A stretch of DNA of 64,000 nucleotides. It comes from Eledone cirrhosa. Its lineage: Eukaryota. Below, piece after piece: positions 26,648 to 39,126 of this stretch (positions within the stretch are counted from its first letter, which is position 1; every line of letters begins with the position of its first letter). A program made the position numbers and the translations under genes. Below the pieces are notes generated by a model. That model had not been told where the DNA came from. It saw only the letters and a program-made list of their open reading frames with translations, and searched no databases. The stretch lies in NCBI GenBank assembly GCA_964016885.1, contig OZ024743.1:81158001-81222000 (forward strand). Direction: 5' to 3'.

Positions 26648-26679
<32 letters not shown>

Positions 26680-26738
26680 AATTGTATATATATATATTTA
26701 TATGTATGTATATAAATATATATATGTATATATGTGTG

Positions 26739-26787
<49 letters not shown>

Positions 26788-27100
26788 TTATACGTATTCG
26801 TGTTACTTGTGTATTAGTTTAAATTTAGAAAAGTAAACAAAAAAATATGTAAATAATCTTTAATAAATAAAAAGTCTTTTCTAACTGCAAAGATTTTATA
26901 TCAGTTTGAGAAGAAGGTCAGTGTGACCTGAACCAGTCGAGATGTAATTTAATACAACGAATCATTGCAGAATATCACTGAAATAGGTTTGAAATTGGAA
27001 ATTATAAACCGTGTCCTATATATGTAATTATACTAACAAATGTGTGCGTGACATGTACACACACAAACATGTATCTAATATATCATATATATATATATAC

Positions 27101-27171
<71 letters not shown>

Positions 27172-27175
<4 letters not shown>

Positions 27176-27305
27176 TTATTCCGGGTTCAATCGGGGGTAA
27201 CATCAGTAAGTAAGGTACTCAATACATAGCAGAGTATAAATGTCTTAATATAGGGCTCACTGATGATTTCTCACGAATGAAACAGTGCTAGTACTGTAGA
27301 AGCTT
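27172..27305 (+). mobile_element. Family H1 copy: inverted tail followed by hammerhead
   Basis: 27172-27250 is the reverse complement of the H1 tail; CTGATGA-tttc tcac gaat-GAAA-CAGT..ACTG-TA-GAAGC at 27260-27303. Confidence 0.8.
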
Positions 27306-27361
27306 TTCTCTCTCTCTCTCTCTAGAGAGGGAGAGAGAGTGTGTGTGAGTGTGTGACATAT

Positions 27362-27410
<49 letters not shown>

Positions 27411-27494
27411 GAGGTTATATTTAATTTGTTGGGATTCAACAAGCTTAAACATTTTTAGAACTGATATAAAGCACTCAACAGTTTAGTGGAGTAA

Positions 27495-27879
27495 ATATAC
27501 AGTATATTAACAAATGGAAACTATATTTATAAAACCATATTTATTTTAATATACATATTTCAAGGGCCACCAAGGCAAATTATAGTGCGCTTTCATCAGA
27601 TAAAATACAATACAGATTAGTTTTATAATTAAATATTGACATACCCTGAAGAAAGACAACCTTAACGGTTGGAGCTTCCTGGATAGTCTATCCAGGAAGC
27701 TCCAACCGCTAAGGTCGTCTTTTTTCGGGGTATGTCAATATTTAATTATAAAACTAATCTGTATTGTATTTTATTTGATGAAAGCGCACCATAATTTGCC
27801 TTGGTGGCCCTTGAAATATGTATAATAAAATAAATATGGTTTTATAAATATAGTTTCCATTTGTTAATACATTGTATAT
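27495..27879 (+). mobile_element. Palindromic hammerhead element (family H5), centre ~27687
   Basis: About 190-bp arms; + arm TTTTAT-TTGATGA-AAG..CACC..GGTG..CTT-GAAA-TATGTA-TA-ATAAAA at 27769-27830; the minus arm (27545-27605) keeps CTGATGA. Confidence 0.82.
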
Positions 27880-28290
27880 ATATATATATATATTTGGATT
27901 TAATGCTCTGAAATAGCGATATATATGTGAAGACAAACATAGAATATTCGAAAATATTCTGTATGTTTATAATAAACATTTTGAAGACCCAATCGCTATA
28001 GAATAGAATACGTCACGTATTACAATTTGAGATTCTCGAGAATCTCAAATTGTAATACGTGACGTATTCTATTCTATAGCGATTAGGTCTTCAAAATGTT
28101 TATTATAAACATACAGAATATTTTCGAATATTCTATGTTTGTCTTCACATATATATCGCTATTTCAGAGCATTAAATCCAAATTCTAATTTCCGCCGGAC
28201 CGGCTACCGCTCTATCAAACCAGTTCCTGTACACAGCTAAGTATTCTATAAGTCTCTAGCTGTGTCATTCTCGATAAAAGTATTGGATAT

Positions 28291-28333
28291 GTAATCCTGA
28301 TGATTTCTAACAAGAATGAAACGCGTAGATTAC
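28291..28333 (+). ncRNA. Minimal type I hammerhead ribozyme
   Basis: GTAATC-CTGATGA-tTTC taacaa GAAt-GAAA-CGCG-TA-GATTAC. Confidence 0.9.
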
Positions 28334-28602
28334 TTCCCTTACTTTTATCGAGAATCTCAAATTGTAATACGTGACGTATTCTATTCTATAGCGATTGGGT
28401 CTTCAAAATGTTTATTATAAACATACAGAATATTTTCGAATATTCTATGTTTGTCTTCACATATATATCGCTATTTCAGAGCATTAAATCCAAATTCTAA
28501 TTTCCGCCGGACCGGCTACCGCTCTATCAAACCAGTTCCTGTACACAGCTAAGTATTCTATAAGTCTCTAGCTGTGTCATTCTCGATAAAAGTATTGGAT
28601 AT

Positions 28603-28645
28603 GTAATCCTGATGATTTCTAACAAGAATGAAACGCGTAGATTAC
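28603..28645 (+). ncRNA. Minimal type I hammerhead ribozyme, copy 2
   Basis: Identical, offset by 312. Confidence 0.9.
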
Positions 28646-28767
28646 TTCCCTTACTTTTATCGAGAATCTCAAATTGTAATACGTGACGTATTCTATTCTA
28701 TAGCGATTGGGTCTTCAAAATGTTTATTATAAACATACAGAATATTTTCGAATATTCTATGTTTGTC

Positions 28768-28823
<56 letters not shown>

Positions 28824-28824
<1 letters not shown>

Positions 28825-29442
28825 TAGCTGACGTACCCAGCTTCGCCCGGGTAAATAGATGAATTGCTTTTATTATCAGTATTCATTTCGAGCAATTGTC
28901 AAAAAATGACACAATAATAAATATAAAAGATGTCCTTCAATGTAAAAAAAGGTCCATATTTACTCCCTTCACAACTCTGTGTATGTTACACTGACAGACA
29001 GGCACACAGACAGATAAACTGCGTGGCGATTGTGGAACGCCACACACATACACGCATGGAAACGGGCACACGCACGCAAACTTACACACGCACCCGTGCA
29101 CTTACACACACGCACACACTTTCTGTGGAACGCTGCACGCACGCACACACACCTAAACATACGCGCACGTACATACACACGCACACGTGTTAATAGTTAT
29201 TGCTTTCCTTCTCCTCTTAGTTCCACACACACACATGTCTCTGCACTGACACATATACATAGTGTATCCAACACAGCATTAACTTTGCCTCTCTGTTTCT
29301 TACTCTCCCCTCTCACTCCCTCATTGGCATTATGCATATTAATTCAAGTTTGGCATCGTTGTGGTGGGCTGAGTCATTTGAAACCTATGAACCAATGATA
29401 ATCGAGAATTATGACATACGGAATACTGACATTGTTGAAATT

Positions 29443-29445
<3 letters not shown>
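28824..29445 (-). mobile_element. Non-autonomous Helitron-like element
   Basis: Minus-strand 3' end has a GC hairpin (ACCCGGGCGAAGCTGGGT) shortly before terminal CTAG-T; internal CA-rich tract; the 5' boundary is approximate. Confidence 0.65.
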
Positions 29446-29495
<50 letters not shown>

Positions 29496-29563
29496 ATATA
29501 GAAATTATTGTGAGCAAGAAGCCAACAGTATTTCCTAATATATAAGTGGTTATATATATATAT

Positions 29564-29644
29564 ATTAGGTTGTAATATAGATTCCCGCCGTTCTTTGAGA
29601 AGAAATTAATTACAATAACGGCGGGAAATTATGTTACAACCCAA
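29564..29644. mobile_element. About 80-bp mariner-type MITE
   Basis: TIRs ATTAGGTTGTAA..TTCCCGCCGTT / AACGGCGGGAA..TTACAACCCAAT, TA flanks; second copy at 32928. Confidence 0.8.
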
Positions 29645-29657
29645 TATATATATATAT

Positions 29658-29860
29658 AAGAAATATAAGCTATCGCCGTATGGAAAAAGATGTGTATTGA
29701 CGTACATGTACGTCAATACTCATCTTTTTCCATGTCTCCGAGGGTTCTTAACCCCACTATCAGGCTAAATAATTTCTTTAATTTCTTTAGTCAAAATACG
29801 GCGATAGCTTATATTTCTAATTTCAAACTCGCTCGCTGTTTCGAAAATATTCTTACTTGA
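29658..29860 (+). mobile_element. Nested fold-back short element
   Basis: 29659-29680 pairs with 29797-29818; inner palindrome centred on GACGTACATGTACGTC (~29707). Confidence 0.65.
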
Positions 29861-29869
29861 TATATATAT

Positions 29870-30031
29870 ATATAATGAAAACTTGGACAGGAACAAAAAC
29901 AGAGAGGCAGTACAAATGAAAGTTTATTAGGTTCACGCTCTTGAGTGTGTGTGTGTGGGGGGGGGGAGTTTCGAGCATAAGCCCTTCATCAGGAGAAAAG
30001 TGGACAGGAAGAGAGTTCCGATGGTGTGTGG

Positions 30032-30035
<4 letters not shown>
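29870..30035 (-). mobile_element. Penelope-type terminal fragment with hammerhead core
   Basis: Minus strand CTC-CTGATGA-aGGGC ttat GCTC-GAAAC at ~29967-29995; stem III side disrupted. Confidence 0.6.
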
Positions 30036-30087
<52 letters not shown>

Positions 30088-30094
<7 letters not shown>

Positions 30095-30285
30095 GAGGGT
30101 TTTTTTAAACAAAATGAAAAATAACCGCGGTGTCCTACACGAGTTAAAGTATAAAGTAAAAAGATGAAATCGAAAATGCAACAGGAGTCTTTTTTTGTTA
30201 AATATATATTTATTTGGTTCCTTTACCGGTTTCGCAGTTCTTCTGCTTTTCAAAAGTAGAGTTGAGATGGAGGGTCTGTGGCTTT
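30088..30285 (-). mobile_element. Short element with a hammerhead-like variant motif
   Basis: Minus strand CTT-TTGAAAA-GCAG aagaa CTGC-GAAA-CCGG-TA-AAGG; non-canonical core. Confidence 0.45.
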
Positions 30286-30305
30286 TCTCACACACACACA
30301 CATAT

Positions 30306-30391
<86 letters not shown>

Positions 30392-30595
30392 CGTTTCTGA
30401 ATTCGTTTAGCAAGATTCTTTATCTGAAATCGTGTGTTGAAACCGATATTGTTATACTTTGGGAGGGTCATGTTGCCAATAAGAAACACACGCACCAGTT
30501 TCTTTCACTTCAATTTATTATATATTTATAAATTTACAAATTTATAAATTTCTGGTTGGTTGGTTGGTTCCACAACCAGATAGTTGTTTATATAT

Positions 30596-30640
30596 AGTCA
30601 TAGTCCTTTCGTCACACACTCTGTGACCTCTTCAGTGACT
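30596..30640 (-). ncRNA. Type I hammerhead ribozyme in the Penelope-like 3' terminus
   Basis: AGTCA-CTGAAGA-gGTCAC agagtgt GTGAC-GAAA-GGAC-TA-TGACT. Confidence 0.82.
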
Positions 30641-30852
30641 GGGGATTCCTTTCTTTGTTTCTGTGCCTTTCCTTTCTTCTGTCCTACGCCATTTTGTTTC
30701 TGTGTGTGTGTTGTGTGCTCAGTTTGCGCATGCGCCACATCCGGGTGTCTGTGTGTGTTTATGTTCATTTATCTATTTGTTTATTTATTTATTTATTTAC
30801 ATGTTATTGGTTGGTTGTTTGTTCTATGTGTGTGTGTGTTTTCTTTTTGTCC

Positions 30853-31515
30853 TTAATTGTAAGTTGTGATGTTGCTGTTCCACTCATATTTTCTATTTAA
30901 TTTTGGTTGTAATTCTTTTATGTTTATTGCCTCTGTAATTTGTCTAAACATTGCATCTTTTCTGTGTGTAGATTCTATTTTTTTTTTCTATGTTCTCTAA
31001 TTTACCCTTGTGTTCTATCTTAGCATGTTGGTAGAGTACAGATGATTCTTTATTATCTTGAAGGTCTCGCCAGTGTTCATTTATCCGTTCCCCTATACTA
31101 CGAGCTGTCTCACCTATGTACACTATATTTTTGTTTCTACATTGTCCTTCAGTACATCTTATGCTTTATACTACATTTCTAGTTTTACAGTTAATATGGG
31201 GGCTTATTTTACAGGTTATACATTTCTTATCTATACATGAGGGTCTTTGAAACGGGTATGTCTTGCTAATAAGTGTTTTTACGGAGGTACCTGGTCTTTC
31301 TACTATCTTAATATTGAGTTTATGTTTATTTAGGGCCCTTCTAAATTTGTAGGCTAGTTCGCCTCTAGGTGTTGTATCGATGAACATTACACTCTGGTAT
31401 TTATTGCTATCATACCATGAGTTTATTCTATTAGCCTTGTTCCTAGTTCTTTCTATTCTATTCCAAAATTTGCTCCTATACAGGGGCAGGTCCCATTTAT
31501 GTCATTATTTACCAT
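30853..31515 (-). pseudogene. GIY-YIG endonuclease region of a Penelope-like element
   Basis: IKIVERPGTSVKTL..C....C..C......CKTRNVV*SIRC....C...IVYIGETARSIGERINEH...LYQH...RQITEAINI...LNRKYEW; one stop and one frameshift. Confidence 0.9.
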
Positions 31516-31814
31516 TTTGGGGAAAAAAAAAAAAAAGGTAAATAATGACATAAATGGGACTTGCCCCTTGTGTAGGAGCAAATTTTGGAATAGAATAGAA
31601 AGAACTAGGAACAAGGCTAATAGAATAAACTCATGGTATGATAGCAATAAATACCAGAGTGTAATGTTCATCGATACAACCCCTAGAGGCGAACTAGCCT
31701 ACAAATTTAGAAGGGCCCTAAATAAACATAAACTCAATATTAAGATAGTAGAAAGACCATGTACCTCCGTAAAAACACTTATTACATACATATATATATA
31801 TATGTATATATATG

Positions 31815-31864
<50 letters not shown>

Positions 31865-31927
31865 GTAGGAGTTTTTTATGCTTCATAACATGCAAGTGTT
31901 TTTTAAGCTACATATCATGTCTTCCTA

Positions 31928-31994
31928 TTTTATCTGATGAGAACGCAAATATCATCCCATGATGATATTTATTTTTGAAATGCGCATAATAAAA
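31928..31994 (+). ncRNA. Type I hammerhead ribozyme in a ~170-bp insert between (TA)n tracts
   Basis: TTTTAT-CTGATGA-gaacgc AAATATCATC ccat GATGATATTT attttt-GAAA-TGCGCA-TA-ATAAAA. Confidence 0.8.
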
Positions 31995-32026
31995 TACATG
32001 GAACTCTTTTAACCATCTTTTGATCT

Positions 32027-32109
<83 letters not shown>

Positions 32110-32110
<1 letters not shown>

Positions 32111-32500
32111 ATCTCTCATTCCCTTCTTTAGGTGCCACTTTAGAAGGAGAATCAGAGTGTAGAGAGAGGCACTGTACTCCAGTAAATTTACTGAGAGGTG
32201 GGTGAACGTGGGAAAAATGGCCCGAGTGATTGGGCCTTTTCTGTATATAAACCTGTAGGTTGAAGATGAAAGCAAATTGAGGAAGGAAACACTTGCACAA
32301 CCCGCTCCTGAATTAGAGTGTTGTTCTATCGACGGGGTATTAAACAACCCATTTGTGGTGCCCCCCACCCTCCTATTGGGGATTTCGATTGTCATATTGG
32401 TTTGTTTAAACATTTTTTTTTTTACGAGATTGTATGTAAAATCCCTGGCATATGTCTTTGTTTTGTCCCTTTTTCTTCTGCGCCGTTGTGGCTAACAAAG

Positions 32501-32503
<3 letters not shown>
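32110..32503 (+). mobile_element. Probable LINE 3' end (ORF2 C-terminus and UTR)
   Basis: FFRCHFRRRIRV*REALYSSKFTERWVNVGKMARV resembles L1/Tx1-type C-termini; assignment from memory only. Confidence 0.4.
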
Positions 32504-32575
<72 letters not shown>

Positions 32576-32927
32576 AATCAGTGAACACATGTATAGAAGA
32601 TTATTTCTCCTTGTTTACACACCTAAATAACCCCCGCCCCTGTCTTACGCTGTCTTTCACTCGCTTTTTCTCCCTCTCACACACACACAGACTCTCTCTC
32701 TATATATATATAATGTATATTAAACAACACACTATAATTACCTCATTACCCGAGGTTTCCCGAATAGGATGAACACAAGAGACGTCCGTATTCGTTCGTC
32801 AGATATGGCAATATAACATAGTGAGATATTTGAAAAAATAGCTCATCAAGAAAGGACAAAAAATATAAATAAAAGTAATAAGACAAAAAATATATAAAAC
32901 TTCAACACTTATATAAATATATATATA

Positions 32928-33002
32928 TTTGGTTGTAATTCCCGCCGTTGTTATAATTTGTTAGTTTTCAAAAACGGCGGGAATTTATGTTGCAACCTAA
33001 TA
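32928..33002. mobile_element. Second copy of the mariner-type MITE
   Basis: TTGGTTGTAATTCCCGCCGTT...AACGGCGGGAATTTATGTTGCAACCTAAT. Confidence 0.8.
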
Positions 33003-33020
33003 CATATATATATATATATA

Positions 33021-33622
33021 GCGGCGATGAATTAGTTTTGCGAGGTTTTTTATATGAAATCGTGTGTCGAAACAAATATTGTTATACTTGGGGAGGGTCA
33101 TATTTGTGTAATATTGCCAGAATTAATAACAGAATACACTCACTGTTTGGTTGGTTTTCGCTTCTCGCTGTCTTTTATATCGGTAATCTAACTTACTCGG
33201 TCCTCAATGCTGCCATTGACTGACCGACGGTCAAAAATAATACAGATACAATATAGACGCAAACACATATATATAGTTTATCATAAATCTTTCGTTGTAC
33301 ATCTGCAACATCGTCAGTGGTGTTATATTTTCCTCCTGTTGTGTTGTATGTCTACGCCATTTTTATTCAGTCTGTTGAATATATGACGATGTTGCAGATG
33401 TGCAACGAAAGATTTATGATAAACTATATATATGTGTTTGTGTCTATATTGTATCTGTATTATTTTTGACCGTCGGTCAGTCAATGGCAACATTGAGGAC
33501 CGAGTAAGTTAGATTACCGATATAAAAGACAGCGAGAAGCGAAAACCAACCAAACAGTGAGTGTTTTCTGTTATTAATTCTGGCAATATTACACAAATAT
33601 GACCCTCCCCAAGTATAACAAT
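33021..33622 (-). mobile_element. Penelope-like terminal region with 5' inversion, related to the 30389 terminus
   Basis: Arms 33078-33316 and 33384-33622; shares GAAATCGTGTGT..ATTGTTATACTT.GGGAGGGTCAT with 30427-30471; hammerhead core CTGACGA-tGTTGCA..TACAAC-GAAA-GATT-TA on the minus strand at ~33279-33322. Confidence 0.82.
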
Positions 33623-33649
33623 ATATATATATACGTATATTTGTATATG

Positions 33650-34698
<1,049 letters not shown>

Positions 34699-34699
34699 C

Positions 34700-34900
34700 T
34701 TTTGACTGTCATGTTGCCAATAAGAAGCACACGCACCAGATGCTTTCACTTCAATTTATTATCAATTAAATTATAAATTAAAAAAAAATTATAAATTTCC
34801 CGTTGGCTGGTTGGTTTCACAACCGGACGGTTGTTCATATATTGTCAGTTCTTTCGTCACACATTATGTGACCTCATAAGTGACTGGGAATTGTTTTCTG
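34700..34900 (-). mobile_element. Diverged copy of the Penelope-like 3' terminus with a decayed hammerhead
   Basis: Aligns by eye to 30467-30650; the core reads CTTATGA. Confidence 0.75.
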
Positions 34901-35205
34901 CGTGTGCAAGCGCGTGGGCGAGTGTGTGTTGGCGTGTGTGCTTGTACTAACCTACCACTTCCTCAGATGTTCGATCAACTACTTAATAACCTTTGTTCAA
35001 TATTGTATTATAGAATAAGGTAGTGTTTATTTCAATTGCAACTTGCCACTAAACTTCTTTCTCTAAATAAATTTTGTTTTTTCTAAGAATCCACATCATT
35101 TAATCCCACCATGATCTCTACCCCCCCCCCCCCCCCCAACCACTACCCCTACGCCTCCCTTACCATGACAAAATGTATAAATACCAGAAAATTACATTGA
35201 CAGTC

Positions 35206-35340
35206 GGCTTTCTGATGATTTCCCCCGAATGAAACAGTTCTAGTCCTGTAGAAGCCATTTCTATATTAAATTACTTTTACTCTGCTATGTATTGAGTACC
35301 TTACTTACTGTTGTTATCCCCGATTTAACACCGGGATCTA
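35206..35340 (+). mobile_element. Family H1 copy with intact hammerhead (35206-35256)
   Basis: GGCTTT-CTGATGA-tttc cccc gaat-GAAA-CAG..CTG-TA-GAAGCC; ~85-bp tail to (TA)n. Confidence 0.85.
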
Positions 35341-35359
35341 CATATATATATATATATAC

Positions 35360-35430
<71 letters not shown>

Positions 35431-36079
35431 GATAAATCTACCAAAAGTTTACGGTAGTGTCCAATCCGTATGAAGAACTCAATGTAATCCGGATATCATG
35501 GAAAGAAGAGATGCATTCAAAAATCACTTTCGGTGAAAGATAAACGAAATACAGAGTCAAGATAAAATATTAAAAAAATAATGAATAAAACAATGAAACA
35601 GTTCCTTATATTAAACAAAAAAAGTTCATTATTTAACGATCGTTTCTAGGACATATATGTGTTAGAATTGGCATGCATATTCAAAAGATATATGTACAAA
35701 ATTATACAAAATTATACAAACTATCAAATAGAATATACATACCAACACATACATATGCCGTCTTCAGAAATAATGAAATATATTTATTGATAATAACAAC
35801 AATTCAAAATTACAGGTCTGTTTGGGAACAGATTTTAAATAGACCAATGAAATACATAAAAATATATCAAGAAAATACAGTTAGGTGTGTGTATATATGT
35901 AAGTAACTTCGTTCACAGATATGCATAAAAATGTATGTTCACATGCATACGCATGTCGAAAAAATGTATGTAAATACAAAAATTCAGGGCTAATGTCTCT
36001 GTATGTTTATAATCTACAGACAAAATACACATACGTATACATACATATATACACTCATATATACACACATATACATACA

Positions 36080-36139
36080 TTCATACACACACACGCATAT
36101 ACACATAAACATACACATACCCACGAACATACACACACA

Positions 36140-36173
<34 letters not shown>

Positions 36174-36357
36174 TACGTATATATTATTATTATAACTATA
36201 TGGATATTGAGGCGATATAGTGTTTATGTGTGCGCCCCAATATCCATATAGTTATAATAATAATATATACGTATGTGTGTGTGTGTGTGTATGTGTGTGT
36301 GTGTGTATGTTCGTGGGTATGTGTATGTTTATGTGTATATGCGTGTGTGTGTATGAA
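36080..36357. repeat. Inverted duplication next to the 3' end of the Penelope-like element
   Basis: 36080-36214 is the reverse complement of 36232-36357. Confidence 0.85.
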
Positions 36358-36359
36358 CT

Positions 36360-38888
36360 CAAAGGAATATAAATTAAAATAATGTTACATAATATAATGA
36401 TCCATATATTAGTTTTTACTATTGTGCCTTTGTTTCATCAGCTGTCAGCCATAATCAAGCAGTACTCATCTGTCGAGGCTGCATTGTGTGAGATCTGCCT
36501 ATGGGTAACAAGATGGCTGCCAAAGGGCATATTTACCTTACTAATTAGAGGGTGGTTTCAGGGGAAGTAACTTCTCGAGAGAGAGATTGTGTGTATTTTA
36601 TAGTTATGTGCTAGTAATTAAATTATTTAATTGAGAGACAATGTAGGGGAGGTAACTTATAATTATCGAGTTGTTCATAGCAATTTAACTTATTAGCTAC
36701 AATTAGAGATGGGGCTACATGACTAAGTAGGGTCAAAAACTCTATTGGCGAAGGAATTAGCCCTTCGATGTTGACAGCTAATGGTTACCTCCGTTCTATC
36801 GTTAATTGGTAGAAGTCTTGATAGAGTTATGTAATATGCTTCCGTAACACAGAGATCACAAGATTTCCTTCGTCCATTGAACGGTTGGGCCCTAGCTACG
36901 ATATCCCATTTTAGTGAGTGTTGAACTTTGTTTAATTTAAGGTTTTTAATGAGCCTAGCTAGCGATGTCGAACATCTGTTGCTAGGGTCTCGGAAGGAAA
37001 AAGAGTGCGCGTTATAGCGTACCTTAAAAGGGTTAGAGATAGACCCGATATAAGAGCTGGTATTCGAAGCAGTCTCAACCGTGCACCTATAGACTATGTT
37101 GGGTCTCAGGCAGTGTCCATTTAATGGGCATGCATTAGGGTAACAGCAGTTGCAGTTGCTTGTGCGGTTAGTGAGAGTAGGGTTGTTTAACCTAAGCAGT
37201 TGGTCCGTGCTAGAAGGATTGGTAGGGTAGGTGTGCTACTAGAGTAATTATTGGTGTAGTGGTGTGGTGTATTTGATAGGAGTGGTGGTACCGCGGCGTG
37301 GGAGTTATAGTGTCTTAGCTTATGATGGTTACTGAACGCGATGTGGCTAGCTAGGTTAGGTGTAGTGGAGAATGAGATTTTAATGTTGTTTTTATTAAAG
37401 AGTTTGTAATATCTATGGTTAGGGGGGAAGTGTTTGGATAGGATAGAGAAGAAGCGATTGGGGATATTAGTGGTTAGATTAGATGAGAATGGTGGGTTAA
37501 GCCAGGTGGTATTTCTAGGCCTATTCCTTCTAGGAGTTCTAGTGGAGCTGGTAGGGGCCTTCCTAGGGTTATTATTACCTGGGGGTTTGTTATCTGTCAT
37601 CCCATTTCTCATTCCTATTCTAGGGTTGATTCTTAGTTTGCTACTAGGAGTGGCGAGCAGGCCGCTGCCACTATTAAAGTTCCCTGTATAGGTGCTGTTA
37701 CTGCTAAAATTCCGGCGAATCTGGCTATATGCAAAGGTATTTCTAGTTCTAGTGTTAAGTTTATTATGGTGAGTTGCTGTGTTATGGCATTTTGGTATGT
37801 AATAAATTGATTGTTTATAACAAGATTCAGAGAGAGCCTTATAATATTGTGCGTGGTTTATAAATATATCTTCATTTGCTGATAGCATTGAGATCCTATA
37901 GGAGATAGATTTGATTACTGCTCTGATGACTGCCGGTGGGTGGTTAGAGTGTGGGCTAATATATGTGAGTATTTCGCCTGGTTTATGGTAAGGGTTATAA
38001 AAGTAATTGTTGAGATCAAGGGTGACATCTAGGAAGTTTACTACTTTATGGTTCAGCTCGATGGTGATAGAGAGACCATTATTTTTGAAGAATCTATGAA
38101 ATTGTTTCTTAAGCAGATCGATTCCCCGATTAGTGCAATTGTGGACGGCAAATAGGGCGTCGTCCCTGTATATTCCACCTTGCATGAGTTGGATTTCGGC
38201 TCTGATGTTACGTAATAGGTAAAACCCAACTAAGCGGAGTCACTTGAGCCCATCGTAATGTCAAAGTTATCTGTTCTATCTTTTCTAGTCCAGAGTGCTC
38301 CGTTGAATTCAATGATAGTCTGCCTAGCCATGAGTATGATGTTAATCTCATTATTGGTTATGTCCGAGTTGGTGGTTGCTAGGGCTAGTGCTTTGTTTAG
38401 CAGTTCCGGGGTTATTGACACGTAATAGCTGTCTATATCAAATTGGATGAACCTCATAGATTGCTTGGACCTTAGATCGGAGAACCATCTGATGACTTGG
38501 CCGGTGTTGGACCATAACTTGTAGGTGGTATCATCCCGTAGCCCAGGGATTATCCTATCAAGGATGTTCTTACTGATGCGGCCCAGGTCAGATGTGGTTG
38601 GGCTTATGAGTCTAATGGATGGGTTCTCTATAAAGTTTGGCTTGTGGTCCTTGAAAGAGAACCTTGGGGATGTTGGTACATAAGGGTGGGTAAATCTATC
38701 CAAATGCAAGTCCTTAACCAAAGCCTGGGCTTTTCGTTTAAGTACGTTTACACTGGAGGGTGTAGTTTTTTAATAGTTTTTGTTGAGTTCTTTAAGAAGG
38801 AAAGAGTTGTAAATTTCAGGAGTCATGGTGTATAGATTTTTAGTTTTGTCAGACATAACATGTAAGAGGTTGCTATCCTTAAATTTTT
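36360..38888 (-). mobile_element. 5'-truncated Penelope-like retroelement (RT + GIY-YIG; Naiad-like)
   Basis: SDKTKNLY, SFKDHKPNF..IRLISP, FIQFDIDSYY, DITMGS, IYRDD, VNFLDVTLDL, SNHPP, WLNPPFS; truncated at (TA)n. Confidence 0.93.
36723..38885 (-). pseudogene. Penelope-like RT/GIY-YIG ORF disrupted by a stop and frameshifts
   Basis: ORF pieces 38230-38721 and 37187-38185, plus an unlisted frame NCNCCYPNACPLNGHCL..IVYRC..YIGS..FKVRYNAH..STSL..KW..CDLC..E..N.R.E..CQH ending at 36723. Confidence 0.92.
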
Positions 38889-38963
38889 ATATATATATAT
38901 ATATATTAGTATATATATATATTTATTAGTATATATATATATATATATTAGTATATATATATA

Positions 38964-39086
38964 GGGCGGTGGATTGGAGTTCAAATCCCGCCGGGGTTAA
39001 CTTTGCCTTTCCTCCTTACAGGGTCGATAAAATAAAGTACCAGTAATGTACTGGGTAATTGCTGGCCTTGTGCCAAAAATAGAAAC

Positions 39087-39088
<2 letters not shown>
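38964..39088 (+). mobile_element. SINE family B, internally deleted
   Basis: GGCGGTGGATTGG joined to AGTTCAAATCCCGCC...GTACCAG. Confidence 0.75.

Positions 39089-39126
<38 letters not shown>

Larger units (their letters stand above)
27893..28771 (+). mobile_element. 312-bp tandem hammerhead element (family H6), about 2.35 copies, with a 145-bp 5' inversion
   Basis: Units at 28039, 28351, 28663; palindrome centre at 28037/28038; (TA)n on both sides. Confidence 0.93.
30389..31785 (-). mobile_element. 5'-truncated Penelope-like element (Neptune-like) with 5' inversion and hammerhead-containing 3' terminus
   Basis: Inverted arms 31270-31515 and 31537-31783; GIY-YIG coding remnant; (TA)n on both sides. 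Confidence 0.88.

Noticed and set aside
36420-36485. Hammerhead in the 3' UTR of the Naiad-like element
   Set aside because: Only CAGATGAG and CTGATGAAAC fragments on the minus strand; no convincing three-stem fold
36723-37200. Selenoprotein-type PLE
   Set aside because: No in-frame TGA at the conserved Cys positions in this translated region
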